Source: Dendrobates tinctorius
Taxonomy: Eukaryota
DNA: 64,000 nt
Assembly (NCBI RefSeq): GCF_039654945.1
Contig: NW_027361713.1
Location: forward strand, 7,564,001 to 7,628,000
Direction of reading: 5' to 3'
The position numbers were made by a program, and so were the translations under genes. Positions within the stretch are counted from its first letter, which is position 1. Every line of letters starts with the position of its first letter. Below the pieces are notes generated by a model, which did not search any database, was not told the DNA's origin, and saw only the letters and a program-made list of their open reading frames with translations. This document shows positions 63,669 through 64,000 of this stretch, in pieces.

Positions 63669-63822
63669 CTGACAAAGCATTCTGCAATATGTAAGGGGTG
63701 GTCTGAAACTAATAATGATTTTAATCCTAAATATCCAGTTATTGTATTAATCTAATAATTTTTCTAATACACTTTAATTAAAAAGTCCTCTCTCTAATTG
63801 CTTTTTTCACCCACTATACATT

Positions 63823-64000
63823 TCATAGAATCATAGAATCATAGAATCGTAGAGTTGGAAGGGACCTCCTGGGCCATCTGGTCCAACCCCCTGCTCAAAG
63901 CAGGATTCGCTAAATCATCCCAGTCAGATGTCTGTCCAGCCTCTGTTTGAAGACTTCCATTGAAGGAGAACTCACCACTTCTCGTGGCAGCCTGTTCCAC
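63823..64000 (-). mobile_element. CR1 LINE 3' end (runs off the window)
   Basis: (ATTCTATG)3 octamer tail preceded on the minus strand by GGGGTTGGACCAGATG...GGTCCCTTCCAACTCT, the canonical CR1 3' terminus. Confidence 0.9.

Overview
This is vertebrate genomic DNA, most likely from a frog (inferred from the repeat families and intron inflation). The backbone is ten GT-AG coding exons (1,372 nt, about 2% of the window) of an inositol 1,4,5-trisphosphate receptor gene on the minus strand. They best match ITPR3 and run from the ARM3/RIH-associated region to the first transmembrane segment; the gene continues off both ends. The introns are packed with transposons. There are four Tc1 elements (one with an intact 340-aa DD34E transposase), a 9.46-kb hAT element with a perfect 8-bp TSD, and a deleted Gypsy provirus inside a deep nest of TTAA-target elements. 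Solo LTRs, L2 and CR1 3' ends, many MITEs and several mini/satellites fill the rest. Two things stand out. (1) A 754-bp TSD-flanked insertion at 29933-30686 carries two tandem minimal type I hammerhead ribozymes 401 nt apart plus a 5' inversion, i.e. a retrozyme or Penelope-like RNA replicon; a second insertion with the same architecture lies at 717-1136. (2) The hAT element is a mosaic: an internal TATA/CCAAT promoter, two homogeneous tandem arrays flanking an unusually long BED-finger transposase, a long G.U-rich 3' hairpin, about 480 bp of degenerate 18S rRNA, and a captured piece of a related transposase. All calls are by eye, without database searches; reference sequences are recalled from memory.
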